NCBI GenBank assembly: GCA_045617885.1
Contig: JAZLJN010000059.1
Location: 5,042-69,041, forward strand
Reading direction: 5' to 3'
DNA from: Bacteroidales bacterium
GTDB taxonomy: Bacteria > Bacteroidota > Bacteroidia > Bacteroidales > UBA3663
Length of the DNA: 64,000 nt
Position numbers and translations under genes: made by a program. The notes under the pieces are model-generated. The model was not told the origin of the DNA and did no database searches. It saw nothing but the letters and a program-made list of their open reading frames with translations. This document shows positions 55,675 through 64,000 of the stretch, one piece after another. Numbering within the stretch: position 1 is the first letter of the stretch; the number at the start of each line of letters is the position of its first letter.

Positions 55675-55716
55675 TGATAATTGACAATTAATAATTGATA
55701 ATTGACAATTAATCCA
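55675..55716. repeat. 7-bp phased repeat (TGATAAT, TGACAAT, TAATAAT; a 21-mer x2) in the susC-to-susD junction
   Basis: The units are tgataat, tgacaat, taataat, tgataat, tgacaat and taatcca. Confidence 0.85.
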
Positions 55717-55726
55717 GAATAAAAAT

Positions 55727-57706
55727 ATGAAACATTATATATATACAATGGCTTTAGCTGCAGGAGTTAGCTTGACAAGCTGCGTTGACGACTTTAAGGT
55801 CGGTGACAGCTTCCTCGAAAAGGCTCCTGGTGTGGATGTCAACGCAGAGGTTGTATTCAGCAAGGCCGAATATGCAAGAAATTTCCTTTGGGGTGCTTAC
55901 GGCCAGCTCTACTGTGAATATACCAGCAGTAACTGTATGAACGGTGCTCCTATTGATGTGCTCGGAGACTCATGGCACTGCTATGTATCATGGGGCGGAC
56001 CAAAGCAGAGCTACTATACAGGTGGCCTTACCGAGGATTGTCAGGATACAGCCGACTCTAACTTCCAGGGTAAGTTCTCTTACTCAACCAAGAACCCAAG
56101 TTCTGATGCCGACGGTCGTGTATCAGTATATGAGACCATCCGCAAGTGCTGGCAGCTGATTGAGAATCTGCCTAATGTTCCTGATATGTCTGACACTGAG
56201 AAGAGCCAGCTTTCAGGTGAGGCTTATACCATTATGGCAAGCCGTTACTTTGACGCATTCCGCAACTTTGGCGGCCTTTGTCTGGTGGATCATGCTTTTG
56301 GTGTAGGTGAAGACTTTACCACAGGTCGTTCTACCGCCATGGAGACCGCAGAGTTCATTGACGCTCTCATCCAGAAGGCAATTGATGAGCCTGGTTTCCC
56401 AATGGTTATTGAGGATGTGGACAACTGGGGCGGACGTCTCACTAAGGCCTCTGCACTGGCACTCCGTTGCAAGCTTTGGATGTTTGCAGCCTCTCCTCTC
56501 TTCAATGATGATGCTCCTTATATGGAATATGCACCTGAGAAGATCACTGAATTCACCAACATCGAGCATGTATGGTTCGGCAAGAAGGATGCTTCACTAT
56601 GGAACCGCTGTCTGCAGGCTTGTCAGGCATTCTTTGCTGCCAATGGCTCTGATGACGGCAAGTCTGGTGCTTACTATCTCGTATGGCCAGAGACCAACGA
56701 TGAAGCCGGCTACCGCAAGGCTTATCGTGCAGCCTATCATGATCGTGCCAGCTCGAAGAATCATGAGAAGCTCTTCGATGCTCAGCCTCAGTACAAGGTA
56801 AGCGAGTGGGGTTGGTCTGGCTTCGAGATGGACTGTACTCGTCAGGGCGGCATGGTTCCTACCAACGAGCTGATGGAGATGTTCGGCATGGCTGATGGTA
56901 CCAACTATCCTTATGCTAACGCTGATATCTATGGTCCAGGCAAGAACCCTACAGGCATTGATATCTTTGAGAATCGTGACCCTCGCCTCTATGAGACAGT
57001 TGTGGTGCCACGTGAGAAGTGCAACGCGATTGAGGATTACAAAGGCAATACCAAGATCCAGACCTGGGTTGGTGGCGACTTCGAGTATGACTCAAACATG
57101 AATTCAAGTGCTGACAACTGTGCCTCTGGCTATACGATGTTCAAGTGGATGAATGACTACTGGAAGATTGGCAACGAACCAATCGGCGTTTCGTACATCC
57201 GTCTGGCTGAGGTCTTCCTGATCCGTGCCGAGGCTCGTGCAGAGACCGGTGACCTGACAGGAGCTTTGGCTGACCTTAACCTCATCCGCAGCCGTGTAGG
57301 TCTGGGTAAGATTGAAGAAATGAACCCTTCACTCAACCTCAAGAGCAATAAGGAGAACCTCATCAACGAGATTCTTCGTGAGCGTAACTGCGAAATCGGT
57401 GCCGAGTGTGGTGACCGTATCTATGATATGATCCGCCGCAAGCTTCAAGCAGACTTCACCAAGCCACTTCACGAGATGAAGGTTTACCGACTGGATGCTG
57501 CTGGTAATCGCATGACTGAGGGTAATGATAACCGACTGAATGAAGGTGAGCCTTGGCCAAAGTTCGAATACGAGCGTCCTACAATCGTCAATGGTGCCCG
57601 TCGCTGGTGGGAGCCTGGCTATTGGACAAACAAGTGGTATCTTGACCCAGTATCTCGTATCGAGATCCAGAAGGGGTATGGTCTTACCCAGAACCCAGGT
57701 TGGTAA
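55727..57706 (+). CDS. SusD/RagB family lipoprotein (pair 1)
   Basis: Lipobox AAGVSLTSC. SusD-like body with IRLAEVFLIRAEARAE. C-terminal GYGLTQNPGW. Confidence 0.9.
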   Translation: MKHYIYTMALAAGVSLTSCVDDFKVGDSFLEKAPGVDVNAEVVFSKAEYARNFLWGAYGQLYCEYTSSNCMNGAPIDVLGDSWHCYVSWGGPKQSYYTGGLTEDCQDTADSNFQGKFSYSTKNPSSDADGRVSVYETIRKCWQLIENLPNVPDMSDTEKSQLSGEAYTIMASRYFDAFRNFGGLCLVDHAFGVGEDFTTGRSTAMETAEFIDALIQKAIDEPGFPMVIEDVDNWGGRLTKASALALRCKLWMFAASPLFNDDAPYMEYAPEKITEFTNIEHVWFGKKDASLWNRCLQACQAFFAANGSDDGKSGAYYLVWPETNDEAGYRKAYRAAYHDRASSKNHEKLFDAQPQYKVSEWGWSGFEMDCTRQGGMVPTNELMEMFGMADGTNYPYANADIYGPGKNPTGIDIFENRDPRLYETVVVPREKCNAIEDYKGNTKIQTWVGGDFEYDSNMNSSADNCASGYTMFKWMNDYWKIGNEPIGVSYIRLAEVFLIRAEARAETGDLTGALADLNLIRSRVGLGKIEEMNPSLNLKSNKENLINEILRERNCEIGAECGDRIYDMIRRKLQADFTKPLHEMKVYRLDAAGNRMTEGNDNRLNEGEPWPKFEYERPTIVNGARRWWEPGYWTNKWYLDPVSRIEIQKGYGLTQNPGW

Positions 57707-57726
57707 TTTAATTAACTCTGACAATT

Positions 57727-60498
57727 ATGAATAACATATTTAAATATAGCCTGTTGGGAGTCTGTGCTGTTCCTATGGTAGCACCTGCGCAGACAACACT
57801 TGCAGACAAGCTGACCCAGATGGTGGACCTCGGCTATGGCGTAGAGAGCTCTGAGTTCCTGACTACAGCAGCTACTACTACCATTACAGCAGAGGAACTG
57901 CAGCGCACTTCAGCCATCAGTCTTGCAGATGCTCTTTATGGCAAAATCCTTGGCCTTACCGCTACCCAGAACACTGGCTTCAAGGGAGAAGAGGGAACCG
58001 GAGCTTCATTTAATATCCGTGGCACACAGACCACTGGTGAGAAGAGCATCCTCATCCTCGTAGATGGTTTTGAACGTCCAATAGACCGCCTCAGCGTAGA
58101 GGAGGTAGAGAGTGTTACCGTACTGAAGGATGCTGCAGCTGTCGCTCTCTACGGTCATGAAGCAATCAACGGTGTCTTGCTCGTCAAGACAAAGCATGGC
58201 TCTAGTGAAGGCAACCACGTCAAGGTGGGCTATTCTCATAAGTTCCAGTTTGACGCTCCAATGGCAGATATGGTAGATGCATATAACTATGCAAATGCCC
58301 TGAACCGCGCACGTCAGAATGATGGCCTGGCTCCTGCTTATACGGCAGAAGAACTGGCAAAGTTCCATGACGGTACAGATCCTCTCGTGTATCCAAACGT
58401 AAACTGGCGTGATCAGGCATTCGGTGATGCTGCAAGCGAGAACCACGCATTCATCTCCATGTATGGTGGTAATCAGAACGTGCAGTATTATACCCAGCTT
58501 GATTATACCGACGCTACAGGTATGCTGAAGAATTCTGATCAGGGCGACTGGGACTCACAGCACAAGTACTCAAAGGCTAATATCCGTGCCAATGTGGACT
58601 TCAAGCTGTCTGAGACCACCAAGGTGACAGCCAACATGCTCGCAATCTTCATGGAGACCAACGGCATCCCTAACGTAAGCTCAAATGACGCCTGGTGGCA
58701 TCTCTACAAAGTGCCAGCCCTGGCATTCCCAATCCAGACAGCTGACGGTGTTTGGGGCGGTAGCAATACGTATGGTGACTACAACCTCCTTGCCAAGATT
58801 CAGGGTACCGGCTTCCAGAAGACACACCAGCGTCAGATCTGGGCCAACATGACACTCGAGCAGGATCTTAGCATACTGCTCAAGGGTCTTACCTTCTATG
58901 CTGGCGGTTCGTATGACAACTCTTCAAACACCATTGAGCGTCAGTCAAAGGGCTATCAGTATGGCTGGCACTATTATGACGGAGGTGAAATGAAGACTGT
59001 AACCCAGGGCACCATTGAGGATAAGCTTTCATTCAGCAACTGGGTAGATGCCCAGTGGCGTATCGCTACCTTCAATGCTGGACTGAAGTATGGTACTCAG
59101 TTTGCTAATGGCGACAATCTCTCAAGCAATTTGAACTACAACGTCAAGGGCGAGATTCGCGACGAACGCAGCAATACCTATTATCGCATGAATACCCAGC
59201 TGGCTACCCACTATGATCATGCCAATAAGTTCTCTGCCGATCTGGTACTTGCCATGAACGGTTCAAGCCGCAGCTATCCTGCCAAGTGGGCATTCTCGCC
59301 AACACTCGGTCTGGCTTATGTCTTTGCCAATAATCCTGAGGGTGCTCTCACTTATGGTAAGGTGCGTGTAGCAGGTGGCATCCAGCACACGGATTATGTC
59401 CCAGCTACGGGTCTCTGGCTCTCTGCTTGGGACAACTCAAACGGTCAGTACTTCTATGGTCAGGGTTTCTCTAACTCATGGGGTGCTTTCCAGACAGCAT
59501 TCCCTACCGATAACTTCCAGCAGGAGACTGCTTATAAGGCAAACATCGGTACGGACCTTCGTCTCTTCAACGCACTGGACATTACCGTAGATGCCTTCTA
59601 CCAGAAGCGCACCAACATCCTTGTTAGTGCTTCCGCTCTCAACTCATCAGTAGTAGGTATTCAGTCTTCTTATGATGACAAGGGTGAGGTATCAAGCTAT
59701 GGCTTTGAGGCAGGCATCCGCTACGCCAAGACACTTGCCAACGGACTCAACATCTTTGCCGGTGCTACTCTCACCGCAACAGAAAGCAAGATTGATGCAT
59801 GGATTGAGTCTCCTGCCTATCCTAACCTCTCAATTATTGATGGTGCTGCTGATGCTGCACGTGGACTTGTTTCTCTCGGTCTCTTCAAGGATCAGTCAGA
59901 TATTGATGCCAGCCCTCGTCAGGAGTTTGGTCAGGTGAAGCCAGGTGACATCAAGTATAAAGATGTCAATGGTGATGGCGTAGTCAATGAATTTGACCGT
60001 GTGAACTTTGATTATGGCACCTCTGTACCTGCACTTAATTATGCATTCAACCTCGGCCTCGAATATAAGGGCTTTGGCTTCAATGCCTATTTCCAGGGTG
60101 CAGCTAACCAAATGAAGAACATCCGCTATATAGATGGCGTTTGGGGTGCACTGTCAGGTAACCGCAATCTCTCACAGGAGTATTATGACAATTGTTTCGA
60201 CGTAAAGGGTGCCGATGCCAAGTATCCACGCCTCTCAACCGAAGACGTAGTCAACAATACTCAGGAATCTGACCTCTGGTATCAGAATGTCAGCTGGCTC
60301 AAGCTCCGCGACTGCGAGGCTTACTACAAACTGCCAGCAGCCTGGACTGAGCCAATCAAGATTTCGAATGCAAAGATCTATGTACAGGGTCAGAACCTCT
60401 TCACTTCAAGCAGCATCAGTGCAATGGATGCAGAGTGCCTCAGCACAGGTTATCCTGCAATGAAGAGCGTGAATGTAGGTTTGTCAGTAATGTTCTAA
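57727..60498 (+). CDS. SusC-like TonB-dependent transporter lacking the CarboxypepD_reg N-terminal domain (pair 2)
   Basis: The signal peptide leads directly into the plug (VESVTVLKDAAAVALYGHEAINGVLLVKTKHG). The protein has a 923-aa barrel and a C-terminal F. Confidence 0.9.
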   Translation: MNNIFKYSLLGVCAVPMVAPAQTTLADKLTQMVDLGYGVESSEFLTTAATTTITAEELQRTSAISLADALYGKILGLTATQNTGFKGEEGTGASFNIRGTQTTGEKSILILVDGFERPIDRLSVEEVESVTVLKDAAAVALYGHEAINGVLLVKTKHGSSEGNHVKVGYSHKFQFDAPMADMVDAYNYANALNRARQNDGLAPAYTAEELAKFHDGTDPLVYPNVNWRDQAFGDAASENHAFISMYGGNQNVQYYTQLDYTDATGMLKNSDQGDWDSQHKYSKANIRANVDFKLSETTKVTANMLAIFMETNGIPNVSSNDAWWHLYKVPALAFPIQTADGVWGGSNTYGDYNLLAKIQGTGFQKTHQRQIWANMTLEQDLSILLKGLTFYAGGSYDNSSNTIERQSKGYQYGWHYYDGGEMKTVTQGTIEDKLSFSNWVDAQWRIATFNAGLKYGTQFANGDNLSSNLNYNVKGEIRDERSNTYYRMNTQLATHYDHANKFSADLVLAMNGSSRSYPAKWAFSPTLGLAYVFANNPEGALTYGKVRVAGGIQHTDYVPATGLWLSAWDNSNGQYFYGQGFSNSWGAFQTAFPTDNFQQETAYKANIGTDLRLFNALDITVDAFYQKRTNILVSASALNSSVVGIQSSYDDKGEVSSYGFEAGIRYAKTLANGLNIFAGATLTATESKIDAWIESPAYPNLSIIDGAADAARGLVSLGLFKDQSDIDASPRQEFGQVKPGDIKYKDVNGDGVVNEFDRVNFDYGTSVPALNYAFNLGLEYKGFGFNAYFQGAANQMKNIRYIDGVWGALSGNRNLSQEYYDNCFDVKGADAKYPRLSTEDVVNNTQESDLWYQNVSWLKLRDCEAYYKLPAAWTEPIKISNAKIYVQGQNLFTSSSISAMDAECLSTGYPAMKSVNVGLSVMF

Positions 60499-60513
60499 TT
60501 CCGATTTGCAACT

Positions 60514-62193
60514 ATGAAAATGAATAAATTCCTTATCTTGGCAGTACCTGCAGTCCTCGCGCTCAATTCGTGTGTTGACCTCAACTACACCGAGGAGAAC
60601 GTGCGCGACGAAGAATGGAACTACTCAAACCCAAATGATGGTATCAAGAACATGGTTTGGGATGTGTACGCCCAGATATATAATAATGAGTTTTCGGCCA
60701 ATAGCGACAACTACCATGCCAGCGTGACTGACGAGGCAGAGTTTGCGCTCGCTACAGCCAACATCAACAAGTTCATCAATGGTGGCTGGAGCCCAGCCAA
60801 CCCATTCTCCAACACCTGGACCAAGTCATACCGTGCACTGGCAGAGATTCACTACTACCTGGAGAATCTCCACAAGGTAGATCTCTCAGAGTATCAGTAC
60901 GAGAGCTCTTACGCAGATATGCTTCTGCAGTACGAGCTGTTCCCTTACGAGCTCCGTTTCCTTCGTGCCTACTATTATTTCGAGTTGGTAAAGACCTATG
61001 GTGATGTGCCACTGGTAACTACAACACTCACTAATAATCAGGCAAACAGTGTGACACGCACTCCTGCCAATGAGATCTTTGATTTCATTGTACGTGAGAT
61101 TGATGAAGTAGCTCCTTACCTCCCTGTTTCATACGAGCAGGAACCAGGAATGGAGATTGGTCGTGCTACACGTGTTGCAGCTTTTGCACTCAAGGCACGC
61201 ACCTTGCTTTATGCTGCATCCCCACTCTTCAACCCATCAAACGACAAGGCTAAGTGGGCAGAGGCTGCTGAGGCTGCCAAGTATGTGATAGATAATGCCA
61301 AGGACTGGGGCGTAAAACTCAGCACCTATGAAAGTCTTTGGGGACATGATGCATTCTTCAACAAAGAGATTATTTTCGGCATCGGTCGTGGTGAGAACAA
61401 TGACTTCGAGAAAGCCAACTATCCTATCGGTGTAGAGAATGGTGCTTCGGGTAACTGTCCTTCACAGTCGCTCGTTGACCAGTATGAGTATCAGAATAAC
61501 GGAGAGACCTTTGGTCATCGCAATCCTGGCACCATTGATCTCAACGATGATCCTTATGCAGGACTTGACCCACGTTTCGAACTCACTATTGTAAAGAATG
61601 GTGACACCTGGCCAACCAATGGTGCACAGAAGAAGATCATCGAGACTTTCGTAGGTGGTTTCAATGCTGCTCCTAAGTATGGTGCTACCCCTACGGGCTA
61701 TTACCTCAAGAAGTATGTAGATGGCTCATGTGTAACTACTGCTGACAACCAGACCAGCAAGCGCCACACCTGGATCGTGATGCGCTTGGCAGAGATGTAC
61801 CTCGACTTTGCTGAGGCTGCATTCAATGCTACTGGCAGTGCAGATGATGCCACATTCGGCATGACCGCCAACGAGGCTGTCAATGTACTCCGCACACGCG
61901 CAGACATCAATATGCCTAAGTTCAAGGAGGATGGTCAGGCATGGGTAGAGCGTTACGAGCGTGAACGTCTTGTAGAGTTCGCTTTTGAGGATCAGCGTTT
62001 CTGGGATGTACGCCGTTGGAAGAAGGGTGCGCAGTATTTCCAGAATGTTGCTGCTGCTTCTATCAGCGCAGACTTGAAGCTCACTCGTCAGAACCATGCC
62101 CGCACCTGGGACGAGAAATACAATCTCTTCCCAATCCCACAGTCTGAGATTCAGCGTAATCCAAACCTGAAACAGAATCCAGGTTGGCAATAA
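60514..62193 (+). CDS. SusD/RagB family lipoprotein (pair 2)
   Basis: Lipobox VLALNSC. IVMRLAEMYLDFAEA, RFWDVRRW and a C-terminal NPNLKQNPGWQ. Confidence 0.9.
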   Translation: MKMNKFLILAVPAVLALNSCVDLNYTEENVRDEEWNYSNPNDGIKNMVWDVYAQIYNNEFSANSDNYHASVTDEAEFALATANINKFINGGWSPANPFSNTWTKSYRALAEIHYYLENLHKVDLSEYQYESSYADMLLQYELFPYELRFLRAYYYFELVKTYGDVPLVTTTLTNNQANSVTRTPANEIFDFIVREIDEVAPYLPVSYEQEPGMEIGRATRVAAFALKARTLLYAASPLFNPSNDKAKWAEAAEAAKYVIDNAKDWGVKLSTYESLWGHDAFFNKEIIFGIGRGENNDFEKANYPIGVENGASGNCPSQSLVDQYEYQNNGETFGHRNPGTIDLNDDPYAGLDPRFELTIVKNGDTWPTNGAQKKIIETFVGGFNAAPKYGATPTGYYLKKYVDGSCVTTADNQTSKRHTWIVMRLAEMYLDFAEAAFNATGSADDATFGMTANEAVNVLRTRADINMPKFKEDGQAWVERYERERLVEFAFEDQRFWDVRRWKKGAQYFQNVAAASISADLKLTRQNHARTWDEKYNLFPIPQSEIQRNPNLKQNPGWQ

Positions 62194-62212
62194 TTTTAAT
62201 CAATAGAGAATT

Positions 62213-64000
62213 ATGAAAAATATTAAGAAATATTTTGGGCTGACCTTAATTGCACTTCTCTTCTCAGTTGTATTATCAGCTTGTGAAGATAAGGACGAAA
62301 TCGGTTCTGATAACCTCGGCATGGCTATTAAGGTCTTTTCACCAACTAAAGTTGTCCCTGGCCAGCCTGTTACCATCAACGGTTCTGGATTCGGAGAGGT
62401 TACTGAGGTTGTATTCCCTGGCGGCATCGCTGTCAGCAACTTCGAGTTGGTAAGCAATGAGATGATTCGTGTAGTCACACCTGCAGGCATCAATATCTCT
62501 GATGAGGGAGAGAAACTCTTGGTTCGTTCAGCAAGTGACCAGGCAGAGTCTCCTCGCGTGATGACACAGGGACATACACAGGTTCGTGCCTACTCGGCCG
62601 AGCCAGGTGAGGATGTTAAGACCAAGTCTATCCTTAAGATCTTCGGTCAGGACATGGAGTTTGTCAGCAAGGCTACCTTCGTCGGCTCTGACGATAACGA
62701 GATTGTGCTCGAGGCAAAGGACTTCTACCGCATCGCTACTGGTAGTGTAGCCATCAAGGTTCCTGCTGATGTGAAGGAGGGTGTGAACCCTGCTTCTATC
62801 GAGACCCTCGATGGTCTGAAGTTCGATCTGCCAGACTTCAATTATGTAGCTGCTGCAGCTGGCGGTCACTGGGAGACAGTTAAGAAATATCTCTGGAAGA
62901 ACGAGACAGGCGATCCTATCCCAGGCTGGGGTAGTACATTCCGTTTCTCGAATGTTGAGACTGCTACAGGTGAGGAAATCTATGCATTCCCAATGGAAGA
63001 CTGGGCTGTAATTAAGGATGGCACCTTCCGTGTTGCTCTTGATGTCAACGATGCCTCAAACATCCGTATCACCACTGGTTGGTGGACTGGCGCATACGGC
63101 GGTAACGAGCACAACTCAATCGACTTTGTACAGGAGGATGAGGATGGCACCAAGTTCATTGAGCTCAACTTCAAGGAGGAGGGTAGTCTCTATGATAACC
63201 TCGATCAGCAGCACATGCTCTTCACCGGTTCTGACTATACCTTGCTGGCTATCTACACACAAGAGGATGTCTGGGTTGAGGAGGCCGAAGGTCACTGGGA
63301 GCGCAAGTCTCTCTGGAAGAACGATGCTGGCGAAGCCGTTCCTGCTTGGGGTGGTAAGTTCCGTTTCTCAAATGTTGAGACTTCATCAGGTGAGGAGATC
63401 TATGCTTTCCCAATGGAAGACTGGGCTATCATCAAGGATGGCGTTGTTAAGGTAGCCGTTGATGTCAATGATGCTTCAAACATCCGCATTACCACTGGCT
63501 GGTGGACGGGCGCATACGGTGGCGATGAGCACAACTGTATCGACTTCGTGCAGGAGGGTGCTGATGGCACCAAGTTCATCGAGCTCAACATTAAGGAAGA
63601 GGGCACCCTCTATGATAATCTTGATGCCCAGCACTTGCTCTTCACCGGTTCTGACTACACCGTGCTCGAGATCTACCTCGACGTGTGGGTAGAAGAGGCC
63701 GGCGGTGCCAAGCCTGTTGTATTGTGGGAAAATGTCGAAGGCGAAGCTGTCCCAAGCTGGGGTGGCAAGTTCCGTTTCTCGAATGTTGAGACTTCATCAG
63801 GTGAAGAGATCTATGCCTTCCCAATGGAAGACTGGGCTATCATCAAGGATGGCAAGTTCCGCGTTGCCCTCGATGTGAATGAATCTTCGAACATCCGCAT
63901 CACCACTGGCTGGTGGACCGGTGCATACGGTGGCGATGAGCATAACTGTATCGACATGGTAGAGGAGGATGCCGATGGCACCAAGTTCATCGAGGTTAAC
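62213..64000 (+). CDS. Surface lipoprotein (putative SGBP) with two IPT/TIG-like domains followed by at least three tandem domains of about 140 aa from an unrecognised family; the 3' end lies outside the window
   Basis: This gene is absent from the ORF track because there is no stop codon before the window end. Start MKNIKKYFGLTLIALLFSVVLSACEDKD. IPT-like KVFSPTKVVPGQPVTINGSGFGEVTEVVF. Each repeated module contains WGGKFRFSNVETSSGEEIYAFPMEDWAIIKDG...NIRITTGWWTGAYGG..., then DGTKFIEL and LLFTGSDYT. Confidence 0.85.
   Translation, partial: MKNIKKYFGLTLIALLFSVVLSACEDKDEIGSDNLGMAIKVFSPTKVVPGQPVTINGSGFGEVTEVVFPGGIAVSNFELVSNEMIRVVTPAGINISDEGEKLLVRSASDQAESPRVMTQGHTQVRAYSAEPGEDVKTKSILKIFGQDMEFVSKATFVGSDDNEIVLEAKDFYRIATGSVAIKVPADVKEGVNPASIETLDGLKFDLPDFNYVAAAAGGHWETVKKYLWKNETGDPIPGWGSTFRFSNVETATGEEIYAFPMEDWAVIKDGTFRVALDVNDASNIRITTGWWTGAYGGNEHNSIDFVQEDEDGTKFIELNFKEEGSLYDNLDQQHMLFTGSDYTLLAIYTQEDVWVEEAEGHWERKSLWKNDAGEAVPAWGGKFRFSNVETSSGEEIYAFPMEDWAIIKDGVVKVAVDVNDASNIRITTGWWTGAYGGDEHNCIDFVQEGADGTKFIELNIKEEGTLYDNLDAQHLLFTGSDYTVLEIYLDVWVEEAGGAKPVVLWENVEGEAVPSWGGKFRFSNVETSSGEEIYAFPMEDWAIIKDGKFRVALDVNESSNIRITTGWWTGAYGGDEHNCIDMVEEDADGTKFIEVN
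62864..64000. repeat. Intragenic tandem repeat with a period of 414-426 bp (at least 2.7 copies, truncated by the window end)
   Basis: ggtcactggga occurs at 62864 and 63290, and gaggcc anchors occur at 63281 and 63695. Copies 2 and 3 are more similar to each other than to copy 1. Confidence 0.9.

Noticed and set aside
1-64000. Mobile elements, prophage, integrases, tRNA or rRNA genes
   Set aside because: No transposase, integrase or phage-like ORFs were recognised, and no terminal inverted repeats bracket a gene block. No cloverleaf-like or rRNA-like segments were seen in the non-coding regions inspected.

Overview
This window looks like a Bacteroidota chromosome segment, probably Prevotella/Segatella-like. 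The evidence is several SusC/SusD pairs, lipoprotein signal peptides, a T9SS C-terminal sorting domain and TAnnTTTG -7 promoter boxes. It is dominated by carbohydrate utilisation genes. (1) A fructan regulon is split into three parts. These are a BT1754-like hybrid two-component sensor with a periplasmic sugar-binding domain; two paralogous, divergently oriented SusC/SusD/surface-glycan-binding-protein (SGBP)/GH32 loci (PUL-1 on the minus strand at 6061-15502, PUL-2 on the plus strand at 18883-27175); and a detached GH32, MFS transporter and fructokinase operon (32844-36955). (2) A beta-glucan/cellodextrin-type locus runs from 46042 to the window end: GH94 phosphorylase, GH9, BACON-GH5, two tandem SusC/SusD pairs, and a surface protein with tandem domains of about 140 aa. 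Between these lie housekeeping genes (trkH, metK, NSS transporter, NUDIX, aldo-keto reductase, DUF2461, a TIGR01212 radical SAM protein) and a C10 cysteine peptidase with LRR and T9SS tail. There is also an uncharacterised cassette of an HPr-kinase-like P-loop protein, an S24/S26 peptidase, a PqqD-like protein and a secreted esterase-LamG. The most unusual signals are non-coding. Exactly phased 8-bp TCGA arrays sit in susC/susD junctions of both fructan PULs. Other 7- and 8-bp arrays start at or just after stop codons. Three arrays of hairpin units have a 42-bp period (one has an 84-bp period). An SGBP gene carries a roughly 95% identical 813-bp internal tandem duplication. One GH32 has a non-canonical nucleophile motif. 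metK has a 30-bp duplication of its start region that creates a coupled uORF. I saw no rRNA, tRNA, CRISPR-cas or transposase/integrase genes. All family assignments rest on motif recognition by eye, with no database search.
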